The translations under genes were made by a program, and so were the position numbers. From a virus (Duplodnaviria; Caudoviricetes): a DNA stretch of 64,000 nt. Location of the stretch: positions 1,745 through 65,744 of the IMG/VR virus record IMGVR_UViG_3300005046_000005; one strand, given 5' to 3'. This document shows positions 8,361 through 17,764 of the stretch, one piece after another. Each line of letters starts with the position of its first letter. The stretch's first letter is position 1. Under the pieces are notes generated by a model. That model saw only the letters and a program-made list of their open reading frames with translations. It was not told where the DNA came from and searched no databases.

Positions 8361-9263
8361 TTATGCGTTTACTAGGTAAAGCACTTTGACACGTTGCTGT
8401 TCTTCGCCTGTCAGCTGTTCATGTACACTGCGCTTCATGATGTAAACGTAAATGTTTGTATAAGCCTTTAACAGCTTAGGAATGGCATCATTCGTAAATA
8501 GGCCATGTGAAACGTAAAGGTTTGGACGAGATAACTGCGGGTAGCTTTCCTGAAGAACTGAAGCCAAACCTAAGAATGTGCCACCGCCTTCACAAAGATC
8601 ATCAACAACGATATAACGCTTGTCTGGATCAATAGTGTAAGCTTTTTCAACATACTGCCCTGTAATCTTGCCATTTGTCACATCACGGGTTTTGTTCATG
8701 ACAATAGCGCCGCGCTGATTCTTCACACATGCACCTTTATCGGGTACGATTTGAAGCATGTCATCCAGTTCTGGATAAGTATTCTTCATGTGCTGGAATA
8801 AGTCGTATTGAGTTACAGTGTGCGCAGGGTGACTGTAGTCAACTAAAACTCGGCTATGGCAATCTACATAACGGATGATTGAAAACTTCATTGCGCGAAC
8901 AAAATCCCCAAATACTTTAGCGCCGAAAGAATCGCTTTGGTCATCCAGCATTACACGGTCATAGCGTGAATACATTGGTGAAGTGATAGTAAGCACAGTG
9001 GTAATTGCGTTGTTGCCAGCTAAGCGGCACACAATGTCTTTCATTTGTGCAACTTGCATCAAATCATTCATGTTTTCTAAGTAAGCTTCGATGTAAACTG
9101 AAGAACCTTTCGTAACAGCTTCAGGGTTTTTCAACTTAACAAAAACGCTTCCATCTTTAAAAGTCATTACATCGAAATCTAAATCTACTGTTTGAATACC
9201 TAGGTAAGCAAGCTGTATAGTGCTTGGAACAACTTTAGCTTGAATCTTTTCAACTACTTTCAC
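8361..9263 (-). CDS. Ribose-phosphate pyrophosphokinase-like protein, probably Adps of the NARP1 pathway
   Basis: MYSRYDR, DCHS, VPDKGA, IVVDDLCEGGGTF and VSHGLF Prs motifs; adjacent to the NAMPT-like gene. Confidence 0.85.
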   Translation of the reverse strand: MKVVEKIQAKVVPSTIQLAYLGIQTVDLDFDVMTFKDGSVFVKLKNPEAVTKGSSVYIEAYLENMNDLMQVAQMKDIVCRLAGNNAITTVLTITSPMYSRYDRVMLDDQSDSFGAKVFGDFVRAMKFSIIRYVDCHSRVLVDYSHPAHTVTQYDLFQHMKNTYPELDDMLQIVPDKGACVKNQRGAIVMNKTRDVTNGKITGQYVEKAYTIDPDKRYIVVDDLCEGGGTFLGLASVLQESYPQLSRPNLYVSHGLFTNDAIPKLLKAYTNIYVYIMKRSVHEQLTGEEQQRVKVLYLVNA

Positions 9264-9353
9264 TTGAATCTCCTTGATTCGTTGTACATAAAACGGGTGC
9301 TTCTACTTATAATGAAAAAGGGATGCAGCCTTGTGAGCTACACCCCTTCTAAT

Positions 9354-10064
9354 TTACGCTGTAATGCGTTTTCCGAACTGTTTGATCGCAGCCCGACCAA
9401 CTACAGCGGCAGTGATAATCGAAGCTGTAATGACCGCTGTGTGTTCACCATCACCTAGTACCGCCGCAATCGCAGGTTCTTTCAACAGCATCTCTGCACC
9501 GACAAAGGCAATCAGAGCGCTACCCAACCAGATGATGACTGGAAATTTGTCAATCAAAGCAACCAAACCTTTCGATGCGAAGATGATTACAGGAATTGAT
9601 AGTAAGATACCAAACACTGTGTAACCGAAAGCATGATCGCCTGTACCTTCTGCTGCGCCTACCAGAGCGACTACGTTGTCCAGAGACATCATCAAGTCAG
9701 CAAGGATAATGGTTGTCGCTGCACCCATCAAAGTAGGTTTAGCCTTAACATCTGGATCGTTGTGGTCATCGTCTGTCAGCATTGTGTAAGCAAGATACAG
9801 CAAGTAAATACCCGCAAGCATCTTAACAAACGGTAAACCAACTAACCAGAAGCCAATGAACAGGAAGGCGATCCGCGCGGCAATCGCACCAGCTGTACCA
9901 ATAACCACAGCCTTATTTCGAAGTTCAGGGGCTAAGGCCGCACATGCTAAGGCAATTACAATAGCATTGTCAAGACCAAGGATAATGTCAATACCAACAA
10001 TTTTTAATAACACATCCCAATGAAGGGTTGTAAAGAAGGCTACAATGCCTGCTAAAAATTCCAT
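9354..10064 (-). CDS. terC: TerC-family (YjbE-like) integral membrane protein
   Basis: DIILGLDNAIVIA and ADLMMSLDNVVA repeats; multiple TM helices. Confidence 0.9.
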   Translation of the reverse strand: MEFLAGIVAFFTTLHWDVLLKIVGIDIILGLDNAIVIALACAALAPELRNKAVVIGTAGAIAARIAFLFIGFWLVGLPFVKMLAGIYLLYLAYTMLTDDDHNDPDVKAKPTLMGAATTIILADLMMSLDNVVALVGAAEGTGDHAFGYTVFGILLSIPVIIFASKGLVALIDKFPVIIWLGSALIAFVGAEMLLKEPAIAAVLGDGEHTAVITASIITAAVVGRAAIKQFGKRITA

Positions 10065-10846
10065 TATTTATTCATCCAAGTTACAAGTTGTGGAGCAGCC
10101 AGCAGCTGAGCGTACAAGTCTTCATCTGAAACACGTTCAAGACTACGCAACTGGTTTGGCGTGTAGTTCAAGTACATGGTGTGCGGCGCTGTAGCAAACG
10201 TTTCCAAGAAGCTTACAGGGCGAGTGTTCACGCTGATAAACACAATGAACACATTGTCCTGCATCAATTCATCCAACTTAGCTTTCGCTTCTGAAGCGCT
10301 GTCAGGTTGACCATCTGTAACAAAGAAGAACAAATGCTTCTCTTTGCTAGGTGCAACTGGTGCAACTGGTGCTGGAGCAGGCTCTGCAATAGGCTCTGAG
10401 CGACCAAATAAACGCCCAAGGAAGCCAGCGGTCTTTTTAGAACCTTGCTGAACTGCTTGAGTAACAGCATGACCTTCTTGACAAGATTCAATCATCAAAG
10501 TAAATGCATCAGCATAGTTGGTTGAGTAACCAAGTTTGCCGTTGCTGTATGGCATGTGTTTCTTAATGTAAGCTGCATAGTTTGCTGCAGTGATCTGAGG
10601 CAACTGTTTAGCACGACTACCGAAGGCATAGCTGTCAAGCACTTTGTCTTTGTCAAACAGCATTGAGAATGGTACAAAGCGATTCATAAGCTGCTGTGTG
10701 TAACCATCGCGGTGTTCATCTTCAAATGAACCTGAAACATCCATTACCATGTGTACTTGACACGGAAGGATTTTTGCAACTTCATGCTTTTCTAAAGCAA
10801 AAGACAAAGCTTGCGTTGATTTTTGTAAGTCAAATTGTAAAGCCAT
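10064..10846 (-). CDS. vWA-domain protein of the Ter-associated type (start MALQFDLQK)
   Basis: MIDAS-like DVSGSF and FFVTDG; context between terD and terC. Confidence 0.8.
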   Translation of the reverse strand: MALQFDLQKSTQALSFALEKHEVAKILPCQVHMVMDVSGSFEDEHRDGYTQQLMNRFVPFSMLFDKDKVLDSYAFGSRAKQLPQITAANYAAYIKKHMPYSNGKLGYSTNYADAFTLMIESCQEGHAVTQAVQQGSKKTAGFLGRLFGRSEPIAEPAPAPVAPVAPSKEKHLFFFVTDGQPDSASEAKAKLDELMQDNVFIVFISVNTRPVSFLETFATAPHTMYLNYTPNQLRSLERVSDEDLYAQLLAAPQLVTWMNK

Positions 10847-10847
10847 T

Positions 10848-11045
10848 TTATTTATTCCCAAAACGTTTGTTAAATTCTTTTACTGCATCGTCAGCCCATG
10901 ATGTAGCTACTGCCAGTTTCACAACACGGCTGTCGTTAGACACTGCAACAACCATATCGCACCAAAGCTGTCGTGACTGAGATCGTATCAATTCTTCTTC
11001 TCGAAGATTGTCAACTTCCTCTTTCTTTTCCATTCCAAACTGCAT
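10848..11045 (-). CDS. Small hypothetical protein in the ter cluster (start at ATG 11045)
   Basis: AAGGAG RBS before MQFGMEKK. Confidence 0.6.
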   Translation of the reverse strand: MQFGMEKKEEVDNLREEELIRSQSRQLWCDMVVAVSNDSRVVKLAVATSWADDAVKEFNKRFGNK

Positions 11046-11098
11046 GTTACTCTCCTTAAAGGAGGACTCGTTAGCTAACAAGCCCTCCTAGCAGCATG

Positions 11099-11722
11099 TT
11101 ATGCCAGCAAGTTTAAGATGTCTTGGAACGTACCATTGATACCAACAGCCACTGGTTTGAAATCCCATGCGCCAGTTGCAGCATTTTTAACAATTGAACC
11201 CATTTGAACCATGTCATACTGATCAAAGTCATTAGTCAAATTAGCAGTCAAGAGAACTTCGCCAGCATCATCTTTGATTACGATCTTCGCATCATTGACA
11301 TCTTTGAATTTGATGCACAATGGAGGATGCGCTGTAACAAAGAAGCCAACTTCATCTACATCAGACGGAAGCTTAGACATTTCAATTGTTAAAACTTCAT
11401 CTGGCACTTGACCGTTTACAGTTAAGCCTGAGCGCTTATCGCCTTGGTGAACCATGCTACCAACTTGGTTGCGGAACGCGGCTTTACTGCCTGCAAAGTT
11501 GTTTTTGCTTGGATCATCAACCTGTACCAAAGTAGGGTTGTATGTTGACAGGCACATTTCACCGTCTTGACAATGACCTTGGCGAAGGCCAACAGCATGC
11601 GCGTCTAAGTCGTGTTTAGAATCCCAGTAAAGTTCAACGTGGAATTTGTTGTTCTTCGACATAGCAAACTGTAAAGGTTTTGCTGATTGGTCTTTAGTTA
11701 AGTCAAATTGTAAAGCTGGCAT
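11099..11722 (-). CDS. terD: TerD-family stress protein
   Basis: LYWDSKHDLDAHA, HQGDKRSG, DEVLTIEMSKLP and WDFKPV TerD pattern. Confidence 0.85.
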   Translation of the reverse strand: MPALQFDLTKDQSAKPLQFAMSKNNKFHVELYWDSKHDLDAHAVGLRQGHCQDGEMCLSTYNPTLVQVDDPSKNNFAGSKAAFRNQVGSMVHQGDKRSGLTVNGQVPDEVLTIEMSKLPSDVDEVGFFVTAHPPLCIKFKDVNDAKIVIKDDAGEVLLTANLTNDFDQYDMVQMGSIVKNAATGAWDFKPVAVGINGTFQDILNLLA

Positions 11723-11810
11723 TGTGTATCTCCTTGATACTAAAATTTGTTAGGTAGTGTGCAACTGACCTATTTCAATTACACACAAATGTCTTGCTAC
11801 TTAGGGCAGA

Positions 11811-12455
11811 TTAGCCTTTACCGTTGTTTACAGTAATGCCTGCCGCGTTGCTGCGGTGTTCTTCGATAGTAACGCGAGCTTCACGTTCTTTCTGCAAGTC
11901 TTCACGGCCTTGTTCCAGCTGAGTGCGCAACAGTTCAATTGTTGTCTTGTCAGATTTCGCGTTTGCAATGTATTCTGCAACAGTTACTTTATGCTCAGCC
12001 TGTACTTCTGCAAGTTCACGTTCAGCTTTCGCACGTTCGATACCAACAGCTTTGCCAACTTCTTTAGCAACAACGTCTTTATTGTCAGCTACAGCGCCTG
12101 CAAGGTCGTCTTTCAGATTTTGAAGGTCTTTTGGATTCACAGCAGTAAGGCCAGCTTCACGAAGCAATGTATTTAAAGTTGAGTCACGATTATCACGAAC
12201 TGCAATGCGCAAGTTGTAATTTTCAGTATCAAGCTTAGCAGCATAGTCGCCAACCAATGCATCCAGTTCAGCGCGCTTGTCTTCAGTTTGAGTTTGAAGT
12301 TTAACAAGTTCAGCTGTAGCTAGAGCAACAGAGTCGCCTAAACCTTTTAAGACTGTTTCAGAAGTTTTAACTAAAGCCGCTTCAGCAACTTGCATTGCTT
12401 TTGTTGCGCGTTCAGTATTTAAAGTTTGAGCAGTAGCTTTAGAGTTAGTAGCCAT
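11811..12455 (-). CDS. Ala/Lys/Glu-rich coiled-coil protein
   Basis: Heptad composition; own promoter. Confidence 0.75.
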   Translation of the reverse strand: MATNSKATAQTLNTERATKAMQVAEAALVKTSETVLKGLGDSVALATAELVKLQTQTEDKRAELDALVGDYAAKLDTENYNLRIAVRDNRDSTLNTLLREAGLTAVNPKDLQNLKDDLAGAVADNKDVVAKEVGKAVGIERAKAERELAEVQAEHKVTVAEYIANAKSDKTTIELLRTQLEQGREDLQKEREARVTIEEHRSNAAGITVNNGKG

Positions 12456-12532
12456 TGTGTAATTTCTCCTTGTGAGATTAAGTTTTGGTAAGTAAGCGAA
12501 ACTAATTAAGTGTTTCGTTGTTAACGTGGCGT

Positions 12533-12561
12533 ATCTTACTAAATAACTTCTACCGCGTCAA
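12533..12561 (-). promoter_or_regulatory. sigma70-like promoter TTGACG-17-TAAGAT
   Basis: Direct reading; AAAAAAGTTG upstream. Confidence 0.65.
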
Positions 12562-12580
12562 CAACTTTTTTAACTAATTT

Positions 12581-13831
12581 CTAATTTATTTCCAGCATTT
12601 GTTTAACATCTTCTGTAGCTTGTACCAGAATTGCAGACGCCTTAGCATAATCTTGCTGAGACTCAGCTTTTACTGTAGCAAGGTGGTTATTAAACTGCTG
12701 CCACTCTGCTACCAACTTGCCTGCATTCTCCGCTTCACGAAGACGCGCAGTGCTTGACATGCGTTCTGCTTTAATGGTTAGGTCTTGTGTGACTTTAGTC
12801 GCCATTGCTGCTGAATTAGCTTCAAGCTTCTGTGCTGCTTCCGTACTCAGCATGCCTTTCTGCGCTTCAATAGCTGTCCCGATTTGCATCATGTTAGAGC
12901 GAATCATTGGGAAGCTACTTGCCAAAGTATTTTCACTCTCCTTCATCAAAGTTTTACAAACTTTAATAAGGTTGGTGTTCTGCAAGACAGTAATCGGCAG
13001 CTGTAACAAGGTTTTATGCAAGATTAAGCGTTTATTCTGAATATCATCTGAAATACGCTCATAGTCCTGCATTTTCTTGTTTACGGTCAACTCAGTCAAC
13101 ATACCTGCATTGGCGGCCTTAAAGTTTTCTACTTGATTTTTGTAAGAATGCTCTAAGTAAACTGCCAGTGCAAACTGCTTCCGTAGTTGCTGGAAGGAAG
13201 TGTAGTAAACTTCAAAAGCACTTTCAAGCGTTTTGATGTTTTTTTCTTGCTTATCGCGCTGATTGGTTAAATCTCGCTCAATCTTAGTAAGTTTTGTTTC
13301 CAAAGCACTGCTTCGGCCTGTAAGAAGCTGCTGCAAATCTGTAAGCATTTCGCCTGTACGCTTCTTAGCATAGTCTGGACGGAACATAGCAAGGAATCGA
13401 ACCCATAAAGGCACTTTAGCATTAACAGCTTTCTGCCAGATTCCTTCAAGGTCTACATCCTGAACATCTTTTGACAGATCATCCAGCATTCCCAGCATGC
13501 CTGCTGTATCTACACCTTTCATTGCTGAAGTGAATTTCTTCAACTTGGTATTCAAGTCGGCAAACTCCGCCTTCCCGATGTCCTGTACAGCTGTAAATGT
13601 CACTTTATCAAGCTCATGAAAGCCTTTGTTCTGGAACACTGAATTAACATAAGTCAGTTCCGCTTCAGTTGGGATCATAAGCTTATCAAAGCCTTGGCCT
13701 TGCATGGCAGCGATGATGTCTGAATTGCGCGACTGCTGGTAACTTGATACCGCTACTGGGTGAACAGTAGGGTTTAAGTCAATTGTGCTGACATTCTTTA
13801 AGCGGTCAGCTAGTGAAGTAGGTTGTTGCAT
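12581..13831 (-). CDS. Toxic anion resistance protein TelA/KlaA-like
   Basis: Long helical protein; VQDIGK early, QLPITVLQNTNL late; ter-cluster context. Confidence 0.65.
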   Translation of the reverse strand: MQQPTSLADRLKNVSTIDLNPTVHPVAVSSYQQSRNSDIIAAMQGQGFDKLMIPTEAELTYVNSVFQNKGFHELDKVTFTAVQDIGKAEFADLNTKLKKFTSAMKGVDTAGMLGMLDDLSKDVQDVDLEGIWQKAVNAKVPLWVRFLAMFRPDYAKKRTGEMLTDLQQLLTGRSSALETKLTKIERDLTNQRDKQEKNIKTLESAFEVYYTSFQQLRKQFALAVYLEHSYKNQVENFKAANAGMLTELTVNKKMQDYERISDDIQNKRLILHKTLLQLPITVLQNTNLIKVCKTLMKESENTLASSFPMIRSNMMQIGTAIEAQKGMLSTEAAQKLEANSAAMATKVTQDLTIKAERMSSTARLREAENAGKLVAEWQQFNNHLATVKAESQQDYAKASAILVQATEDVKQMLEIN

Positions 13832-13924
13832 GGTTTCTCCTTATTTAGTGCCATGTATACAGTGAGCTGCGATATTTTCTCTTAGGTAATAAAAAAGCGC
13901 AACAACATTGCTGTCATTGCGCTT

Positions 13925-13952
13925 AGTATAGTGCTTTATTTTATAAAAGCAA
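13925..13952 (-). promoter_or_regulatory. sigma70-like promoter TTGCTT-16-TATACT whose start site falls inside the upstream gene's terminator hairpin
   Basis: Hairpin aagcgcaat...ttgcgctttttt at about 13890-13924. Confidence 0.55.
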
Positions 13953-13957
13953 CTGTT

Positions 13958-14353
13958 TTATGGGCTAACTTTTAAATCAATGTCTGGAATGATGACCTGC
14001 GGCTTGAAATCCACCTTGTAATGGTATGCACTGACGTTCTTGCTGTTCAATTGTTCGCTAAAGAACGTCACATTATCCGAAATTCCAAGAGAATGCTTCT
14101 TATACTGGCCTTCACCCGTCTTACAAGTGACATCTACCTTACGTTCTGAAGGCACATTGAAGCTGCATTTGCCTTCAATAGATAGAACATACTCGCCCGT
14201 AATGCCATTATAGAAGACAATACGACGATCCAGCTGGAAATTATCAGCGGCACTAGCTAGGTTGCGCGAAGCAACCTCTGCATCTCTAGCACAACCTGTT
14301 AAAGCAAGGGCACAAAGCAGGCCAACAAGCAGTTTTTTCATGTTATTCTCCAA
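13958..14353 (-). CDS. Conserved phage lipoprotein (beta-sandwich type)
   Basis: Lipobox LTGC; DNF...RRIVFYNGITG...IEG.CS motif. Confidence 0.75.
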   Translation of the reverse strand: MENNMKKLLVGLLCALALTGCARDAEVASRNLASAADNFQLDRRIVFYNGITGEYVLSIEGKCSFNVPSERKVDVTCKTGEGQYKKHSLGISDNVTFFSEQLNSKNVSAYHYKVDFKPQVIIPDIDLKVSP

Positions 14354-15389
14354 ATAACTTCATACGCGAATCGAAATTGAACTTCCAACAGGTGTTATCA
14401 GGTAATAAATGACGGTAGGATACCCAACCTGTCAAGTTTCCTGAGCCAAACTGCCCATCTTTACGCAAATGCGTGATTCCTTGCTGCCATGTGCTAGGCG
14501 CTTCAGGGCAGTTTACGCTGCGTTCTACATCCAAATGCCCCGTTTCTGTATAGATCCTCTGGGTTTCCAGTACAGGTGTAGCCAGATGACCAAAAGGAGA
14601 AGCATGCAGGACGTCTGCACCAATCAGCTTATCAAAAATTGTCACAGCTTTTTCTAAACTGTCGTCATTTTTACGGTAGCTTGTCTGTGCGCAGCAAGAT
14701 GCAGAGATCTGGCAAGCACTGTAAGCCGTGTACTCTTGGTATCCTGTTTCTTTACCTACACTGTCAAGACTGAGATACATGATTCCGCCTTTGTCGTCCC
14801 GATCCGTATGAATGTACGGTAAATGCCATTCATCATCTTTAAGAAGACGCGGTGTAGATGCCTGAATAGCTTTGTACATCTTGTAAGCCAGCATCAAAAT
14901 TTCAGGCTGTGCATCTGGATGAATGCGCAAGTTGAAGAAGTTGTCAAGATCCGTAGCAGTCAGCACCGTCTTCATCAACTGGAATGGCTCTAGCAAGCGG
15001 TTAGCGGTTTGTTTGTGCAAACCAATGTCACTTAATCTTATAGCATGGCGGATAGCTCGTCGTGAAGCTGAGTGCCAGTAATCCTTAGCCATTGAAAGGT
15101 TATCTTTGTCCAGTTCAGCGCCAGCTTGCATTCCCGCTTTAGCTTTACCCCAGTACACCGGCACAGCCTTGTTATCTTCAAGCTGCGCAATCATATTAAA
15201 AATTGGGATAGCGCGGCTGCTGCTTGAGTTCTTTTCAATCGCTGAATGCGTGTTCAGTTCTGCCAAGATGAAGCGCGGGTATTCAGCTTCAATGGTTACA
15301 ACGCGAGAACCAGCTGCTGTAATACTGTCTTGCAATACCACAGCTTTGATGTTCGTTTCACGTTCAAAAAATTCTTTAGTTAAAGACAT
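14343..15389 (-). CDS. thyX: Flavin-dependent thymidylate synthase (ThyX-like)
   Basis: RFILAELNTH..SSSSRAIP, HKQ.ANRLLEPF and LHASPFGH. Confidence 0.8.
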   Translation of the reverse strand: MSLTKEFFERETNIKAVVLQDSITAAGSRVVTIEAEYPRFILAELNTHSAIEKNSSSSRAIPIFNMIAQLEDNKAVPVYWGKAKAGMQAGAELDKDNLSMAKDYWHSASRRAIRHAIRLSDIGLHKQTANRLLEPFQLMKTVLTATDLDNFFNLRIHPDAQPEILMLAYKMYKAIQASTPRLLKDDEWHLPYIHTDRDDKGGIMYLSLDSVGKETGYQEYTAYSACQISASCCAQTSYRKNDDSLEKAVTIFDKLIGADVLHASPFGHLATPVLETQRIYTETGHLDVERSVNCPEAPSTWQQGITHLRKDGQFGSGNLTGWVSYRHLLPDNTCWKFNFDSRMKLFGE

Positions 15390-15399
15390 TGTATTTCCT

Positions 15400-15609
15400 T
15401 TAATCAGCTAAGTGCATGAGTTTTTCATGAATTGGTTCACGGCCACAAGGTAGGTCACAACCTACATCTGACTCTACCAGATATTTGTTTACATAACCTT
15501 CGTTGCAATCTGCCTTCTCAAGCAATTTAGCAGCTTCCTCTAAAGACTCCGCTTCAACTTTGTAAGTTGCTTCCCCAGCAAGCGGAACTGTGAATGAAAA
15601 TGCTGGCAT
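15400..15609 (-). CDS. Small hypothetical protein
   Basis: ORF coupled to the upstream gene. Confidence 0.6.
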   Translation of the reverse strand: MPAFSFTVPLAGEATYKVEAESLEEAAKLLEKADCNEGYVNKYLVESDVGCDLPCGREPIHEKLMHLAD

Positions 15610-15833
15610 TATTCAGTCACCGTAATCAGTTGCTGAGGGTAGCGCTTAACAGTAGCTGAAACAGCTTCTGCACCGCGGCGATAACGTTCTTCACGTTCGT
15701 AGTTAACATGCACAGTTTTATCTGTGATCTTTTCTACAGTTCCGATCTTAAACTTGTGATCACCTTGAACTGGAACTTGCAGAAGGTAGACTTTCATACC
15801 GACTTCCAGCTTTACACCGTTTAAACTTATCAC
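15609..15833 (-). CDS. Small hypothetical protein (GTG start at 15833)
   Basis: AGGAG 7 nt upstream of the GTG. Confidence 0.6.
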   Translation of the reverse strand: MISLNGVKLEVGMKVYLLQVPVQGDHKFKIGTVEKITDKTVHVNYEREERYRRGAEAVSATVKRYPQQLITVTE

Positions 15834-15844
15834 TAAGTTTCTCC

Positions 15845-16240
15845 TTATTTCTTGAAGGTACGGATACCTTGTTTTACATCTTTGAACTTTATGTCCGATG
15901 CAGTGTTTTGAAACAACTTCCACGCTACGCTTTTCGTAAACGTCAAGTCAATTTTAATGGCACGTTGAATGCCAGCAGGCGTCTGAACAACTTCTTGGCA
16001 AAGATTCTGAGAATATTCAAAGTGCATGCACTCAAACGTCCCTTCATAACGAATCAAAACCCAGATTGTTTCATCTACACCTTCAGATTTCCCTAAGACG
16101 CTAGGCACTTCAGGAAGCTGAGGATGCCACTTTCGGGGTTGATCAGGCTGCTTTCCATTGCCAAGGATGCAAGCCCGTACATGGCCTTTAAGATTTTCAG
16201 TTAAGAAGTCTTCAATAAAGGCTAGACTGGTCATCTTCAT
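15845..16240 (-). CDS. Hypothetical protein
   Basis: ATGA overlap with the upstream gene. Confidence 0.6.
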   Translation of the reverse strand: MKMTSLAFIEDFLTENLKGHVRACILGNGKQPDQPRKWHPQLPEVPSVLGKSEGVDETIWVLIRYEGTFECMHFEYSQNLCQEVVQTPAGIQRAIKIDLTFTKSVAWKLFQNTASDIKFKDVKQGIRTFKK

Positions 16241-16518
16241 AGTTCACACCATGCTAAGGCTTCTTCTTGGATGATATAGTAAATGTGAGTAACATCTACG
16301 ACAACAACGTCACCTCGGCTGTACATGTAGCAAGCACTTTCCCGAACTGGAGGTTTCACTGTAGCTAACAAGAAGTTCCCATCTGGCAAAACTGCCAATA
16401 CGTTTGCTGTAGGCAGCTTGGTAATATCCCAAACTTCCAGCAAGTCAGGCATCTGATCAATGCAGTGCGCCAAACTGGTTGCTTTCAAATAAGCGCGTTT
16501 ATCAGTTGTAGTTTGCAT
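16237..16518 (-). CDS. Hypothetical protein
   Basis: ORF in the operon. Confidence 0.6.
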   Translation of the reverse strand: MQTTTDKRAYLKATSLAHCIDQMPDLLEVWDITKLPTANVLAVLPDGNFLLATVKPPVRESACYMYSRGDVVVVDVTHIYYIIQEEALAWCEL

Positions 16519-16723
16519 GTGCTAAATCCCAAGCTTCGCTGCTACGGTCATCCCAACCTTCTTTTCCGTCACGATCAGACATGGAATTAAAGGAAGCTTT
16601 CGGTTCACCTGTCGCTTTGAACAGAGAAATGTTTCCGCCGCGCTTCCTCAGATCGCGGAGATGCTTTGAAGCACGTTTTGCCAAGGCTACATTTCCACCA
16701 TTCTTACGAGAAATAGTCTTCAT
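16502..16723 (-). CDS. Small basic hypothetical protein (start MKTISRK)
   Basis: AGGA RBS upstream. Confidence 0.55.
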   Translation of the reverse strand: MKTISRKNGGNVALAKRASKHLRDLRKRGGNISLFKATGEPKASFNSMSDRDGKEGWDDRSSEAWDLAHANYN

Positions 16724-16731
16724 ATTGTTTC

Positions 16732-17157
16732 CTAAACTCTTGAAGATGAAATACTGTACTGCCCTTTGCCAAAGATTGCATCGCAAATATCCTGAGCAGT
16801 CTTGTGCAACTTTGCTTTAATAAAAAGCGTATTGCCAAAGGCAGTTTTGATATGGAACTTGTGCATCTTAGGAAGGTCATAGCTGACGCCTTGGGCTTCC
16901 AGATTGTCAATGTTGTCCATAAGGTTCATGTCACTTGGCGTCAGCACGGACAGAGCATAAGACTTACCTTCAAATCTGTAAGAGTAAGCTCCACCCTTAG
17001 CTAAAACATCTTCCAATGACATTTTAGCTACAGTCTTAGGCCGATTAAGAATTGCCTGCTGCTCTGCCAGCTTTTCAGCTAGTTGCTTCTGGATTTCCTT
17101 TTCACTAAACATTGCTGCTAGGCCAGAGTCTTGCATTTTCTTAAGCGATAAATTCAT
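16732..17157 (-). CDS. Hypothetical protein
   Basis: 141-aa ORF. Confidence 0.7.
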   Translation of the reverse strand: MNLSLKKMQDSGLAAMFSEKEIQKQLAEKLAEQQAILNRPKTVAKMSLEDVLAKGGAYSYRFEGKSYALSVLTPSDMNLMDNIDNLEAQGVSYDLPKMHKFHIKTAFGNTLFIKAKLHKTAQDICDAIFGKGQYSISSSRV

Positions 17158-17203
17158 TAATAAAACCTTTGTATCATGTTAAAACAGGTGAAACGCAGAA
17201 CTG

Positions 17204-17764
17204 TTAAGCTTCGGAATGCTTAGGATGCTTAGGATCACAGCACTTGCTACAAGAGTTGCATTCACACGGAAGAACCTGCACTGTAACACCATCACCTATC
17301 AAATCTTCTGGATTCATTGAAGGGTCTTCTTTTTGATTGAAAAGCATTTCAAAATCTGCATTAAGACGCTCTATAATTGAATCAGCTGCTTGATCTAAAG
17401 TTTCAAAACCTTGCTCACGCTGAACAATGTTCATGAAACTTGGGCTTAGCTTCAGAGCTGATTCAATCATCTTAGCTGCTACAAGCTTTTGCTGAGGCAA
17501 AGTTTTCAGGAAAGGTTCTAAGTTAACGGGTGTTAAACGATCTTCTGTAAGAAGACCAATGTAAGATTTAACAATGCCTTGTTCATCCGTTTGCTGCATG
17601 TCCATTGGTTCAAAAGCAACAGACACATAACCAGTTTGTGTTAGAGCTTGGGTTTTTGAGCGAACTGGAACGGCAAATAGGATCAATACCATTTTACCTA
17701 CGTTGGCGTCAGTAACGTCACCTTTCGAGACAACAGCGATTTGGCCTGCATTAAACTTAAACAT
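17204..17764 (-). CDS. Hypothetical protein with Cys-rich C-terminus
   Basis: RBS; CECNSCSKCC tail. Confidence 0.7.
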   Translation of the reverse strand: MFKFNAGQIAVVSKGDVTDANVGKMVLILFAVPVRSKTQALTQTGYVSVAFEPMDMQQTDEQGIVKSYIGLLTEDRLTPVNLEPFLKTLPQQKLVAAKMIESALKLSPSFMNIVQREQGFETLDQAADSIIERLNADFEMLFNQKEDPSMNPEDLIGDGVTVQVLPCECNSCSKCCDPKHPKHSEA

